Translations under genes and position numbers: made by a program
Source: a bacterium
GTDB taxonomy: Bacteria > Patescibacteriota > Microgenomatia > Woykebacterales > RBG-16-39-9b
Reading direction: 5' to 3'
NCBI GenBank assembly: GCA_030704665.1
Contig: JAUYID010000009.1
Span: 330,460-394,459 of the forward strand
DNA: 64,000 nucleotides
Part shown: piece after piece, positions 36,851-46,957 of the stretch
How positions within the stretch are numbered: the first letter of the stretch is position 1
Layout of the letters: every line of letters starts with the position of its first letter
The notes under the pieces: generated by a model
The model's input: only the letters and a program-made list of their open reading frames with translations
Told to the model about the DNA's origin: nothing
Databases searched by the model: none

Positions 36851-37450
36851 ATGGATACTTCCCTAGGCCAAAGAATTCAGGACTTCATCCTGTCTTTGGT
36901 GGGAGTTCGGCCTGAACTGGTCAAACACTTGCAGGAGGCCGCGGATGGGGATCAGGGTGAGGTCATGAAGATCTCACGGGCGATTTCCGCCATCGACAAT
37001 ACCTCCGAGCTTCCGCAGCGTTTCGAGGCACTTTCGCCGAAGGTTCGTTTAGCTTTGGAATTCGCGGATGCATCTGCGACAGTTCGAGCAGATCTGGATT
37101 CGGCAGACGAATCGGTTCCAGATTCGCGTGGGCGTCCTCAAAAAGCAGCTGCGAAGAAGACCGCCCGCAAGACCGCCAAGAAGACGCCGAAGAAGGCGCG
37201 CAAGGCGGCCAAGAAGAAGACTGCGGCGAAGAAGACTGGGACACGCAAGAAGGCAGCGAAGAAAACCGCTGGCAAGCGTGCTGCCGGGGAGACTGCGTCC
37301 AAGAAAGCGGCGAGCAAGGGCAAAGTCGACCCCGACACTCGGGTCAAGATCGCGGCGGACTTGAAGAATGGTCACTCGCCGAAAGATATCGCCGCTCGCT
37401 ATGGGGTCACGGGTCAGGCTGTCGGCAACGTCAAGCGTTTTGGACCCTAG
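36851..37450 (+). CDS. Histone H1-like Lys/Ala-rich protein with C-terminal HTH
   Basis: AAKKT-type repeats; RVKIAADLKNGHSPKDIAARYGVTGQAVGNVKR HTH; SD AAGGAG; TTGACA upstream. Confidence 0.75.
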   Translation: MDTSLGQRIQDFILSLVGVRPELVKHLQEAADGDQGEVMKISRAISAIDNTSELPQRFEALSPKVRLALEFADASATVRADLDSADESVPDSRGRPQKAAAKKTARKTAKKTPKKARKAAKKKTAAKKTGTRKKAAKKTAGKRAAGETASKKAASKGKVDPDTRVKIAADLKNGHSPKDIAARYGVTGQAVGNVKRFGP

Positions 37451-37489
37451 TCGGAATCAGACGGAGAGAAAGAGAGCGATCGCTTTTCA

Positions 37490-37514
37490 GGACCACAACT
37501 CCACTTTGTGGTCC
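37490..37514. terminator. Hairpin GGACCACAA/TTGTGGTCC between convergent genes
   Basis: 9-bp inverted repeat; outer ACGGAGA/TCTCCGT pairing then T-run. Confidence 0.55.
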
Positions 37515-37536
37515 TTCTCCGTTTTTAGATTGAAAG

Positions 37537-38745
37537 TTACTTAATTTTTTTGACGAGGTTGGCCAGAGTGAGGGTTTCCTGTTTTTGGGTAGAAAAATCT
37601 TTGAGAGTAATTTTTTCCTCTTTGATTTCCTCAGGTCCGAGAAAGGCTACAAAAGGAATTTTCTTTTGGTCGGCATATTTGAGTTGTTTATCAAGTTTGG
37701 CGTTTGGATCCAGGTAAATTTCCGAATTAATTCCCCGTTTGCGCAGTTCGTTGACCAGTTCCAGTGAATTAACCAAATATTTTGCTTCAAAGATGGTGAC
37801 GAGAACTTGGGTTGACGAGCCAGCCTTCGGTAGTAAACCGTTCTCTTCGGCAGCCTCAAGCAGGCGATCAAAGCCAAAGGAGAAACCAACCGCCGGTACA
37901 GTTTCTTTACCAAAGATACCGATTAGTTTGTCGTAGCGACCACCACCACCGACACTGCCAGAGCCATAACCCTCAATTTCGACTTCAATGATTGCCCCGG
38001 TGTAATAGTCGAGTCCGCGGGCCAGAGTCGGGTAAAAAGCAAAATTTTCTTTTGGTAGCCCGCAAGCTTCCAAAAGATCGAAAAGTTCGTTAATTGCCTC
38101 AGTAGGTGCGGCCCCCTTGATTTTTTCGAGAGTTTCGAGAGCAGCGCGCTGGTTAAAACCTTGTTTCTTGATTTGTTCAACCACTCCAACCTCACCGATT
38201 TTGTCTAGTTTGTCTAGGGCGACAACTATTGCTTTTGGCAAAGAAGTAAAAAGGCTGCGATCGTTGATTTTAAAAGTAAATTTTTCAAAACCAATTGCTT
38301 TGAGTACTGAGGCAGCAGCCAAAATCACTTCGGCATCGGCCAGTAGAGAAGTGGTGCCGACAGTGTCGATATCGACTTGGAGAAACTCACGGAAGCGTCC
38401 CGCCTGCGTGTTTTCCGCTCGCCAAACGGGTTGGATTTGGTAGCGTTTGAAGGGTTTAGTTAAATTCGGATATTGAGCCATGACTCGGGCGAGGGGAACG
38501 GTTTGGTCGTAGCGCAGCGCAACTTCCCGTCCACCGCGATCCTCAAATTCGTAAATGAGTTTTTCTTCTTCGCCGTACTTACCTTTGAGAATTTCAGCGT
38601 ACTCCAGGGCTGGGGTTTCCAGGGGTTCAAAACCAAATTTAGCAAATTCAGCGACCATTTTTCCCAGCAAAAAAGACCGCTTGCGCGCGGCTTCTGGTAA
38701 AAAGTCTCGAAACCCTTTCGGGGTTTGCAAACTTGATTTGTTCAT
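37537..38745 (-). CDS. hisS: Histidine--tRNA ligase
   Basis: PKGFRDFLP, LRYDQTVP, GRFREF.Q, RGLDYYTG, GGGRYD. Confidence 0.96.
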   Translation of the reverse strand: MNKSSLQTPKGFRDFLPEAARKRSFLLGKMVAEFAKFGFEPLETPALEYAEILKGKYGEEEKLIYEFEDRGGREVALRYDQTVPLARVMAQYPNLTKPFKRYQIQPVWRAENTQAGRFREFLQVDIDTVGTTSLLADAEVILAAASVLKAIGFEKFTFKINDRSLFTSLPKAIVVALDKLDKIGEVGVVEQIKKQGFNQRAALETLEKIKGAAPTEAINELFDLLEACGLPKENFAFYPTLARGLDYYTGAIIEVEIEGYGSGSVGGGGRYDKLIGIFGKETVPAVGFSFGFDRLLEAAEENGLLPKAGSSTQVLVTIFEAKYLVNSLELVNELRKRGINSEIYLDPNAKLDKQLKYADQKKIPFVAFLGPEEIKEEKITLKDFSTQKQETLTLANLVKKIK

Positions 38746-38855
38746 GGTCGCAATTATAGCGCAAGTTAGGGCTATTTGGAAGTTGTTGGTTGGGACAAAG
38801 GGGTCGGGGGAGAGGAGCTCACAGTTGTGAAAACTCCTCTCCGGGCCTTGGTTGT

Positions 38856-40937
38856 TTAGACAGCGATCTCTACTCCTTCCCGTTTGTTCGATCTGTCGCT
38901 TTCCCGGATCAATTCGATCAGCTCATCTACCTCCCATCTGCTACCGTAGCGTTGAGAGAGACGGATCATCAGGGTTTTGGCAGTGTTGTCGAGCACTTCT
39001 CCGTTCTTTTCCGCTTCTCGTGCTTTCCCGAGCTCTTCAAAGGCAGTGGGTAGAAGCTTCGGGACAAGACCTGCTGGGATACCGCAGCGGTTGTCGATCA
39101 GACGAGCATTGAAGGTCAAGTCGCGGTTGACGACACTGGCTAGAAGAAGTTCCCAACTCGAGGTTGTGAACTTGAACGGAGGTTTGTTGCTCGGCTTGGC
39201 ACCATTGGCCCCGACTAGCAATGGGATCGAGCTGATCGTGGGCGTCTGACCTTTGGGGGTCAGATGGATGATGACCTCAGCGATACTTCCAAAGGTCCCA
39301 AGCCATTGGGTCCTAAAGCTATCCAGGAATTGCGAAAATTCCGGAGAAGTGCTCAAGGATGGATCATACAGGGCGTCATTTACCTTCCTCACCACCGAGT
39401 TTAGGTACATATTCGCATCGTCCGGCTTGGTGGGCCCACCTACTGCTTGAGACAGTTGGTACGGGTTCAGGTTTTTTCGGGTAAGAAAGGCAAAGCGCGC
39501 AATCTTGAGCTCTTCGGCGCTGAAGTTCAGATCAAAGCCTGAGGCCGCGACTTCTTCTTCTTCTTCTTCCTCGTCTGCCTCCCCAGGATCTTTACTCTCA
39601 GCAGATAATCGAGCTGCGGCCGCTGCCTGCTCCCTTTCTCTCTCAAAGTCCTCAAACCCAACTGAGTTTGCCCTAACTCTTGGTACTTCCCTGGGATCAG
39701 CTGTGCCTCGGGTGAAGCGCGTGGCGAAAGCTTCAAGAGAAGAGAAGCGGACGGTCTCTCCGAATTTCTCGCGGATATCGGAGAAAAGAGTGCGAGTGGC
39801 TGCATCAAGTGATTCTTCGAGCGTGCCCCACACATGAACCATTTTCTTGATAGCTTGGTCTCGATTGATCCGGGCTGTACCGCGTGACCAACCGAATTTT
39901 TCGTCGATCCCTGACAGAGTAGTAGTGGTTGAGACGAGGAGAACCTCCCGCATTGTCTCAACCTCACGCCCGGTCAGGCTCTTCGAAGAGTCGGTTCGTT
40001 GCCTTGACGCAGGTTGTGATCGGGGAGTAGCCGGTGTAGCAAGGGTTCGCCTACTCAGAGGTGGAGACGGTGGTCTCTGAACCGGTTCTTGCGAAACGGA
40101 AACAGAAGCGGCCATTTCCTCCGTGTCTTCGTTATCACCCCGAATACCCCCTTCCGAGGGAAAAGGAAGAGCTACTCTGTCCAGAATGTCGGGAAAGGTC
40201 TGCCTGAGTTTGGAGATCAGATCCTCTCGGCTGCTTACTCCCAAGACGCGCATGACGTTAAGGATGATGCTCCCAACTGCCAGCACGGATCTACCGGTTT
40301 GCTCGGCGATCTCAGCGTTTTCCAAACCCGCAACGATGAGTTGTGCGACTTCCCATTCTTGGGCGGCTAGAGTCTTGCCGTAGAAGACATGAGAGAGCTT
40401 GGGTTCGGTCGAAGTAGAGGGCTCAGCTGTTCCTTGAGCGTTCTTCGAACCCTTGGGTCGACCGGCTCGTCTGGCCTGAACGACCGGAAGGGTTGCTTCG
40501 GCTTTGGGTTCTGTCGAAGCAGGAGTTGGCGTTTGTTCTGGCTCTGGGTCAGCAGATGGGACTTCCTTCACCGCCGAAGGCTTATCGGCTCGAAGAGCCT
40601 TTTTGGCGGGCTGAAGTCTTTGCTGTTCCTGCCTAGGAGCCTTCAAAACCTTGCCTTCTCGGACCAGCGGCCGTAGTCTGTGGTAGAAGAGCAGCTCGGT
40701 AGAGAGTTGCGCTCCGGACAGTCCGTCTGGGTTGCGTAGAGCCGTTTCAAGGCTAGCCTGGAAAAGCTCATCAGCTTGGTCAGGGTGTTTGCCGAGCCGC
40801 GTCAAGAGACGTTTGCGTTCCCGCAGACGCTCCAGACAAGCCTGATCTGGATTGGCCTTTCTTTTCTCCTGTTTCTCTGCCTCAGAGAGGAAGCTGAGAA
40901 GGGCATTTGCAGCAGTTCTGAACTCAATACTGGTCAT
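38856..40937 (-). CDS. Large multi-HTH protein (AT-hook, LuxR-type HTH and further HTH-like repeats)
   Basis: RRAGRPKGSKN; QEWEVAQLIVAGLENAEIAEQTG...LGVSSR; LTGREVE and FSAEELKI repeats; SD GGGAGG before ATG 40937. Confidence 0.7.
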   Translation of the reverse strand: MTSIEFRTAANALLSFLSEAEKQEKRKANPDQACLERLRERKRLLTRLGKHPDQADELFQASLETALRNPDGLSGAQLSTELLFYHRLRPLVREGKVLKAPRQEQQRLQPAKKALRADKPSAVKEVPSADPEPEQTPTPASTEPKAEATLPVVQARRAGRPKGSKNAQGTAEPSTSTEPKLSHVFYGKTLAAQEWEVAQLIVAGLENAEIAEQTGRSVLAVGSIILNVMRVLGVSSREDLISKLRQTFPDILDRVALPFPSEGGIRGDNEDTEEMAASVSVSQEPVQRPPSPPLSRRTLATPATPRSQPASRQRTDSSKSLTGREVETMREVLLVSTTTTLSGIDEKFGWSRGTARINRDQAIKKMVHVWGTLEESLDAATRTLFSDIREKFGETVRFSSLEAFATRFTRGTADPREVPRVRANSVGFEDFEREREQAAAAARLSAESKDPGEADEEEEEEEVAASGFDLNFSAEELKIARFAFLTRKNLNPYQLSQAVGGPTKPDDANMYLNSVVRKVNDALYDPSLSTSPEFSQFLDSFRTQWLGTFGSIAEVIIHLTPKGQTPTISSIPLLVGANGAKPSNKPPFKFTTSSWELLLASVVNRDLTFNARLIDNRCGIPAGLVPKLLPTAFEELGKAREAEKNGEVLDNTAKTLMIRLSQRYGSRWEVDELIELIRESDRSNKREGVEIAV

Positions 40938-41087
40938 GGGGTCTCCCTCCCTTTCATTTCCAGAATCCATTCAAAAGGTTAAGGTGCCAAACAAACTAGC
41001 CTAGCGGCTAAGCAGGCGAGATTATATTTGCACATCGGGAGGTAAAAATCCAGACGCTTGTTTAGCTCGTGGTTTTTAAAAGGAAGC

Positions 41088-41798
41088 TCAGCGAGCGGAG
41101 GGAGTTGCTGAGGCAGTAGAAATTTTTATTTTTGCCAAAGAGGGGAGTGAATAAATTAAATTGGCAACTAAATTGCCTCCACTCTCAAGAGTTCCGGCAA
41201 CAACGACAATGTCGCCAACTTTCAGATCCGAGACCAGTAAATCCTTATTTTTCTGCTTGATTTTGGTTTTGGTGGTGAAGAGGGCTGTTGCCAGCTTCTC
41301 TTCAGTTTTTCGGATGTGATTGACCACCAGTCCAGAAGCGTTCAGCTCTCTGATAAAACCAAAAACCGCTCTTCGTTGCGGCTCTTTAGAAAGTTTGCCG
41401 ATCAAAAGAGCAGTTCCGGAAGAGTCTTTTTTCCCGACTCCGTAGACTGCGATTCGGTCACCAATTTTTAGATTGGGGAGTTTAATCTTTGTTTTCTTGC
41501 TGCCGAACTGAAAGTATTTGGTGCTTGAGAGAGTCAAGACTGATTTTTTGCTTTTTCCAAAAAGGACAAAGATAGTCGAGCCATCAATTTGGTCAATCAA
41601 GCCAACGAAGTGGTCTTTGCCAAAACCAACTCTAGTTTCGGCGTTACCTGCTGATTTGCTCGCGAGGCGTCTTTCAATCTCTTCAAGCCTTGATTTGGCC
41701 CGGCTTTCCACTGAGTTGTCCGGGTCCTGTCCAAAAACAACTCCGACCGAAGAAACGGTAAAAAGGACAAGCAAAGTAGTGAAAACTAGTTTAATCAT
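41088..41798 (-). CDS. Secreted DUF5666-like OB-fold repeat protein
   Basis: Signal peptide; two LK.GD...V.G repeats. Confidence 0.7.
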   Translation of the reverse strand: MIKLVFTTLLVLFTVSSVGVVFGQDPDNSVESRAKSRLEEIERRLASKSAGNAETRVGFGKDHFVGLIDQIDGSTIFVLFGKSKKSVLTLSSTKYFQFGSKKTKIKLPNLKIGDRIAVYGVGKKDSSGTALLIGKLSKEPQRRAVFGFIRELNASGLVVNHIRKTEEKLATALFTTKTKIKQKNKDLLVSDLKVGDIVVVAGTLESGGNLVANLIYSLPSLAKIKISTASATPSAR

Positions 41799-42196
41799 AG
41801 ATTTTTGATCTCAGGAGAATAAAAAACTTCTCGGGAAAGAGTTTTGGCCTCACCAGTCTTTTGGTCGAAGGCAATGATGTTGATCTGATTTTCGCCTTCG
41901 GTGAGAGTATAGGTGAGACTAAACTTTCCGTCCGTGGTTTCGGTACTAGTATCTTGCGCCCCACCGCTGACCACGACAACTGAGTCGCTACCGGTTGAGC
42001 CCTCAATGACAACCTCTTTCTCAAAAGTTGAGGAACCGTCAGCGGGGGCATCAGTCAGAATTAGGGAAAAGCTTTTAGCACTGTTTTGAGTTGAAGTGTC
42101 CGAACCTTTTGAGAAAAAGCGGAAATAAACAAAGGTGCCAAGGGCCAAAATCACCAAAAAGAAAATTAGAAAAGTGATTAGACTGCGTTTGTTCAT
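41795..42196 (-). CDS. Membrane-anchored Ig-like domain protein
   Basis: N-terminal TM; P.DG, V.IEGST, DGKFS, L.EGENQI.I.A.D. Confidence 0.7.
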   Translation of the reverse strand: MNKRSLITFLIFFLVILALGTFVYFRFFSKGSDTSTQNSAKSFSLILTDAPADGSSTFEKEVVIEGSTGSDSVVVVSGGAQDTSTETTDGKFSLTYTLTEGENQINIIAFDQKTGEAKTLSREVFYSPEIKNL

Positions 42197-42307
42197 AGAA
42201 TGATTAGAAAAAGAACTTTACGAAATTAGCACCTTTTCAAAAATTTTTCAAGTGGTCCTTAAGGCATTGATCTAAATAAAAAGGAGTGTTAATATCTCTC
42301 TACCTTT

Positions 42308-42958
42308 ATGGATATTACTTTTTTAGGACACGCGGCTTTTAGATTGAAAGGAAAAAGCGCTAGCTTGGTGACTGATCCCTTTGACCCAAAAGTGGGCCTG
42401 AAATTCCCCAAAGTTGAAGCTGATATCGTCACCGTTTCCCACGAACACTTTGATCACAACGCTTCTGGTCTTGTCGGTGGTGCGCCCTACATAATCAACG
42501 GCGCGGGTGAGTACGAGATCAAAGGAGTCAGTGTCGTGGGGGTGGATTCTTTTCATGATGACAAAGAAGGCGCGGAACGTGGCAGAAACACCCTTTACAA
42601 TATCCAGATGGATGGAGTAAATGTCGCTCATCTCGGAGATTTGGGCCAGGCAAGTTTGAGCAATACTCAAGTGGAAGAGCTGGGAAATGTGGATATTTTG
42701 CTTATTCCGGTTGGAGGTTTTTTTACCATTGATGCTTCTAGTGCAGCAAAAATTGCCGCCCAACTCGAGCCAAAAATTGTCATTCCGATGCACTATCAAG
42801 AGATCGGTTCGCAAATCAAGGAGCTCGAAGGACCAGAAAAATTCTTCAAAGAAATGGCCAAAGAAAATGTAGAAAAACTCGACAAACTCTCAATTTCCAA
42901 AGAAAAATTTCCGGAAGAACTCAAAGTCATTCAGTTAGTTCGGCCGGGAAGCAGTTAA
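42308..42958 (+). CDS. MBL-fold metallo-hydrolase
   Basis: GHAAF, TDPF, SHEHFDHN, HLGDLG, IPMHY. Confidence 0.9.
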   Translation: MDITFLGHAAFRLKGKSASLVTDPFDPKVGLKFPKVEADIVTVSHEHFDHNASGLVGGAPYIINGAGEYEIKGVSVVGVDSFHDDKEGAERGRNTLYNIQMDGVNVAHLGDLGQASLSNTQVEELGNVDILLIPVGGFFTIDASSAAKIAAQLEPKIVIPMHYQEIGSQIKELEGPEKFFKEMAKENVEKLDKLSISKEKFPEELKVIQLVRPGSS

Positions 42959-43001
42959 AAGCTTACCAACCAACAACTGCATTACAACTTAGTCAAAACT
43001 C

Positions 43002-44357
43002 ATGGTCCAAGGTAGAGCAGGTTTAAAAACAGTCGAAATAAAATCAGTGGCTGGAAAGATTCCTCCCCAGGCCCTTGAAGCTGAGCAGTCAGTACTGGGG
43101 GCATTACTTCTTGATAGAGACGCGATTGTCAAAGTGGCGGAGTCTCTCAAACCAGGACACTTTTACAAAGAAACCCACGCTGAGATCTATCGTGCGATTC
43201 TGACTCTTTACGAAAAAAGATTGCCCGCTGATCTGGTCACTATCACTGACGAGCTCAAAAGAATTGATAAGTTTGAAATGGTTGGTGGAGCGGGGTATCT
43301 TTCTAGTTTGGTGAACCTGGTTCCAACCGCAGCTCACATCGAACACTACGCCAACTTGGTCAAAGACAAAGCGACCAAAAGAGCCCTCATCTCGGCGGCG
43401 AATGCCATTTCGGAAGAAGCTTACAACGAAGAAACCGAAGTAAAAGATTTGCTGGACAGCGCTGAATCGACTCTTTTTGGGATTTCTCAAAACAATTTAA
43501 AACAGAATTTTTTGGCGATCAAAGACGCACTGGCTGAAAGTTTCGACCGGCTTGACGAGCTCCACAAGCGCGGTTCTGGGATGCGAGGCATTCCTTCTGG
43601 TTACACGGAGCTCGACAAAAAGCTTTCCGGTCTGCAGGACTCGACCTTGATTGTTCTCGCGGCTCGACCTTCGATGGGTAAGACTACCTTGGCAATGAAT
43701 ATGATTCAGCACATTGCTACCAAAGAAAAAGTTCCGGTGGGAATTTTCTCTTTGGAAATGGGCAAAGAACAGTTGGTTGATTTGATGCTTGCTTCCCAAG
43801 CTGATGTTGACGCTTGGAAAATCACCACGGGAAATTTGGAAGAGAAAGATTTTGAAAAAATTTCCGATGCGATGGGGGAACTAGCTGAAGCACCAATTTA
43901 TATTGATGATACGCCAGGAGCTTCAATCATGGAAATGCGCACCAAAGCACGAAGACTGCAAATGGAAGCAGGGTTGAAAGTCCTTTTCGTTGACTATCTA
44001 CAACTGATTCACGGTCGAGATTTGGAAAACCGAGTCCAGGAAGTTTCCGAGATCTCCCAAGCTCTGAAAAACTTAGCGCGCGAACTCAAAATTCCGGTGG
44101 TGGCGATCAGTCAGCTTTCACGGGCGGTTGAATCGAGGCAAACTAGAAATCCTCAACTCTCCGATCTACGAGAATCAGGCGCAATTGAGCAAGACGCCGA
44201 TGTGGTCATGTTTCTTTACCGAGAAGACGTAGATGATACCGAAAACGTTAAACTCAATATTGCCAAACACCGCAACGGTCCTTTGGGTGAGATTGACCTC
44301 AAATTCAAAGGTGAGCGCCGACGTTTTTACGCAGTAGAAAAAGCTAGACTTTCTTAA
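43002..44357 (+). CDS. dnaB: Replicative DNA helicase
   Basis: PP..LEAEQSVLG, AARPSMGKT, FSLEM, DYLQL, SDLRESGAIEQDAD, KHRNGP. Confidence 0.97.
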   Translation: MVQGRAGLKTVEIKSVAGKIPPQALEAEQSVLGALLLDRDAIVKVAESLKPGHFYKETHAEIYRAILTLYEKRLPADLVTITDELKRIDKFEMVGGAGYLSSLVNLVPTAAHIEHYANLVKDKATKRALISAANAISEEAYNEETEVKDLLDSAESTLFGISQNNLKQNFLAIKDALAESFDRLDELHKRGSGMRGIPSGYTELDKKLSGLQDSTLIVLAARPSMGKTTLAMNMIQHIATKEKVPVGIFSLEMGKEQLVDLMLASQADVDAWKITTGNLEEKDFEKISDAMGELAEAPIYIDDTPGASIMEMRTKARRLQMEAGLKVLFVDYLQLIHGRDLENRVQEVSEISQALKNLARELKIPVVAISQLSRAVESRQTRNPQLSDLRESGAIEQDADVVMFLYREDVDDTENVKLNIAKHRNGPLGEIDLKFKGERRRFYAVEKARLS

Positions 44358-44370
44358 AAAAACAGATCTC

Positions 44371-45573
44371 ATGAGGTATTTTTTCAGGCCGAAAATCTTC
44401 ATCCCTCTTTTTATCTTGATTCTAACCCTGGGCGTTGCTATTTTTCTCTTTCTTCTCAAAACCAAAGTTGGGGATTTGCGCCCAGCTCTTTTTCCACCGA
44501 GCAAAGATCTTGTCTCTGAAATTGAGAAACAAAAAATCGGAGAGAATGTTTCTATACCCTTAAAATTTGATACTAGTTTTAAAATTGGAGTCTTTGCCAA
44601 AAAACTTGGGCCAGTGCGGGATTTGCAGTTTTCCCCAGGTGGGACTCTGCTTGCTTCTGTACCCGCTCAGGGGAGGGTTGTTGCTTTGCCTGATGTCGAT
44701 AATGACGGGAAAGCTGATAAAGTTGTAAACCTGCTCACAGGACTTAACAAACCTCACGGTCTAGCTTTTTACCAGGGGAAGCTTTTTGTTGCTGAACTTA
44801 CCAAAGTGAGTCGGTATTCTTTTGATGAGAAGAAATTGACCACCTCTTTTGACAAAAAGCTTTTTTCTTATCCCTATCAAGGCGGTCACAGTACGAGAAG
44901 TGTTGTTATTGATAAAAATGGCGTGCTTTTCGTGACCGTGGGTTCGAGTTGTAATGTTTGCGTGGAAAGCGAAGAATGGCTGGCCGGGGTAGTGGTTTCT
45001 GATACTGAAGGAAGAAAACCAAGACTTTTTGCTAAAGGTCTACGCAACAGTGTCTTTCTCAAAATTAGCCCGGAGACAGGTAAACTTTGGGGAACAGACA
45101 TGGGTCGAGACCTTCTCGGAGACAATACTCCGAAAGAAGATATCAACATTATTAAAGACGGTGGGGACTATGGCTGGCCCTTTTGCTATGAAAACAAAGT
45201 TCACGATGACAAATTTGATCCAGGCAACAACCATAGTTGTGAAAGTACTTCTGCTCCGGTTTGGAGTATGCAGGCTCATTCAGCTCCCTTAGGCTTAAAT
45301 TTTATTGATTCGCAGCAGTTTCCGGATTCCTGGCAGGGGGACATGCTCGTTGCCTTTCACGGTTCTTGGAACCGCACAGTTCCAACTGGTTATAAGATAG
45401 TTAAACTGGATGTAAAAGGTAGTTCGGTCATTTCACAAGAAGATTTCATCACTGGCTTTCTTGCTGGTTCTTCTGCTCTGGGCCGACCAGTTGATTTGGA
45501 ATTTGATTCCAAAGGCAGTCTCTTTATTTCCGATGACAAAATTGGGGCGATTTACAAGTTAGTAAAAAAATAG
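44371..45573 (+). CDS. PQQ-dependent sugar/sorbosone dehydrogenase family beta-propeller
   Basis: GLNKPHGLAF, VGSSCNVC, GLRNSV, YGWPFC, AHSAPLG, HGSWNR, GRPVD. Confidence 0.9.
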   Translation: MRYFFRPKIFIPLFILILTLGVAIFLFLLKTKVGDLRPALFPPSKDLVSEIEKQKIGENVSIPLKFDTSFKIGVFAKKLGPVRDLQFSPGGTLLASVPAQGRVVALPDVDNDGKADKVVNLLTGLNKPHGLAFYQGKLFVAELTKVSRYSFDEKKLTTSFDKKLFSYPYQGGHSTRSVVIDKNGVLFVTVGSSCNVCVESEEWLAGVVVSDTEGRKPRLFAKGLRNSVFLKISPETGKLWGTDMGRDLLGDNTPKEDINIIKDGGDYGWPFCYENKVHDDKFDPGNNHSCESTSAPVWSMQAHSAPLGLNFIDSQQFPDSWQGDMLVAFHGSWNRTVPTGYKIVKLDVKGSSVISQEDFITGFLAGSSALGRPVDLEFDSKGSLFISDDKIGAIYKLVKK

Positions 45574-45825
45574 TTATTTCGAAAAATACTTAGTAAGTTT
45601 AATAACAATTTCAGATACTCCAACCATCAAGATTAGAATTAGAAAAGAACTCAAAAACCAAAAAGGCCAAAAACTTTTTATAAACAAAGTTTTACCCATT
45701 ATTTGGGTTATGGTCATTGGCTCAAAATTCTGATAGTCATAGTAATTAATGATTGAAGAGAAAAGGAAACCCAGGAAAAGGGAAGCAAGTATATAGACTG
45801 CAATTTTTAAGTAAGGAGTTTTCAT
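45574..45825 (-). CDS. Small AT-rich two-TM membrane protein
   Basis: ATG 5 nt after the tRNA CCA; two hydrophobic segments. Confidence 0.55.
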   Translation of the reverse strand: MKTPYLKIAVYILASLFLGFLFSSIINYYDYQNFEPMTITQIMGKTLFIKSFWPFWFLSSFLILILMVGVSEIVIKLTKYFSK

Positions 45826-45830
45826 TTCTT

Positions 45831-45916
45831 TGGTGGGCAAGGAGGGAGTCGAACCCTCATGAGTTTGAGCTCACAGGTTTTTGAGACCTGCGTGTCTACC
45901 ATTCCACCACTTGCCC
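45831..45916 (-). tRNA. tRNA-Leu(CAA)
   Basis: GGGCAAG/CTTGCCC acceptor, CAGGT-CTCAAAA-ACCTG anticodon arm, long variable arm, GGTTCGACTCC, encoded CCA; promoter TTGCAA-17-TATAAT at 45956-45928. Confidence 0.97.
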
Positions 45917-46004
45917 AGTGAAACCCGATTATATAGTTTTGAGCCTGGTTTTGCAATTTAGTCAATTGACACCCTAGCGTTTCTTTGCCATTATAGATGG
46001 GCCT

Positions 46005-46859
46005 ATGTTTGACCCAAACGGAGATTCTAGCCCGGCTCCGTCAGTGCCGGGAGCAACTCTTTCACAAAACAATCCAAACCCACCCGAGCCTAGCAGCTCT
46101 TTACCGACTAATTTACCTGACTCGACAGCAACCGTTGTCCCACAACAACCTTCTTGGGTAGTTCCTTCTCCGCTTGATGGATCGGGGGTAGAGCCTTTAC
46201 CAGTTCAGGAAAAGCCGCTGACTGTCTCAGATGCAGCTCAAGTTGCCTCACCAGACAGTTTAGGGGTGGCTATTGATGCGCCACTAACTGGCGAAACACC
46301 CGACTCGTCAGTCGAAGAGGAGCGGGTGATTTCTTCACCACCGACACTGGACAAACTGGCCGATACGGCGGTGGAGGTAAGTAAACTTTCGAGTGAAGAA
46401 ACCCTGAAAAAAGCTTCCTTTGATGTGACTATTCTTTATTTGGATTATCGGCAAAAGCTTGCCTTGAGTGGCGAAGCAAACACGGCGCAGTGGGAGGAGG
46501 TAGCCAAAGCCTATCCAGACTTTGCTGGTAAGATTCAGGAACTAGCCGCTACCTTGCGGGAGGTGGAAAAGGTCAAGAAAGAGGCTTATCCGGAAACTGA
46601 TCAGATCTTGCAGAAAGTGAGTTTTCACAACGTTGAAGATGAGGCTAGTCGAATGCTGCTAACCGATTTTCTCTGGAGGCGAGCGACGAACCAATCAGGA
46701 AAGTTTGATAAAGAGATGAGCTTTGCCAAAGAAGCAGTTTCGATTCTGCGAGAGCTTGGAGTTTCAGAAGAAAAACTGCGTAGCAAAGTTGACCTATCAC
46801 CCGTGCAAATTCTTGAAGAAGTCCTCAAAGGCAAACTCCGCCTGAGCAAAATTCAATAA
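46005..46859 (+). CDS. Hypothetical protein with Pro/Ser-rich N-terminus
   Basis: 284-aa ORF after a TTGACA promoter. Confidence 0.7.
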   Translation: MFDPNGDSSPAPSVPGATLSQNNPNPPEPSSSLPTNLPDSTATVVPQQPSWVVPSPLDGSGVEPLPVQEKPLTVSDAAQVASPDSLGVAIDAPLTGETPDSSVEEERVISSPPTLDKLADTAVEVSKLSSEETLKKASFDVTILYLDYRQKLALSGEANTAQWEEVAKAYPDFAGKIQELAATLREVEKVKKEAYPETDQILQKVSFHNVEDEASRMLLTDFLWRRATNQSGKFDKEMSFAKEAVSILRELGVSEEKLRSKVDLSPVQILEEVLKGKLRLSKIQ

Positions 46860-46957
46860 ATTTTAAGCAAAACAAAATGTCTAGGCCCCGGCAGTTTTTG
46901 TCAGGGCCTATGGGTAAGTCCAGGAATTGTTCTCACCTTTCTTCTTGTCAGAGGCTG

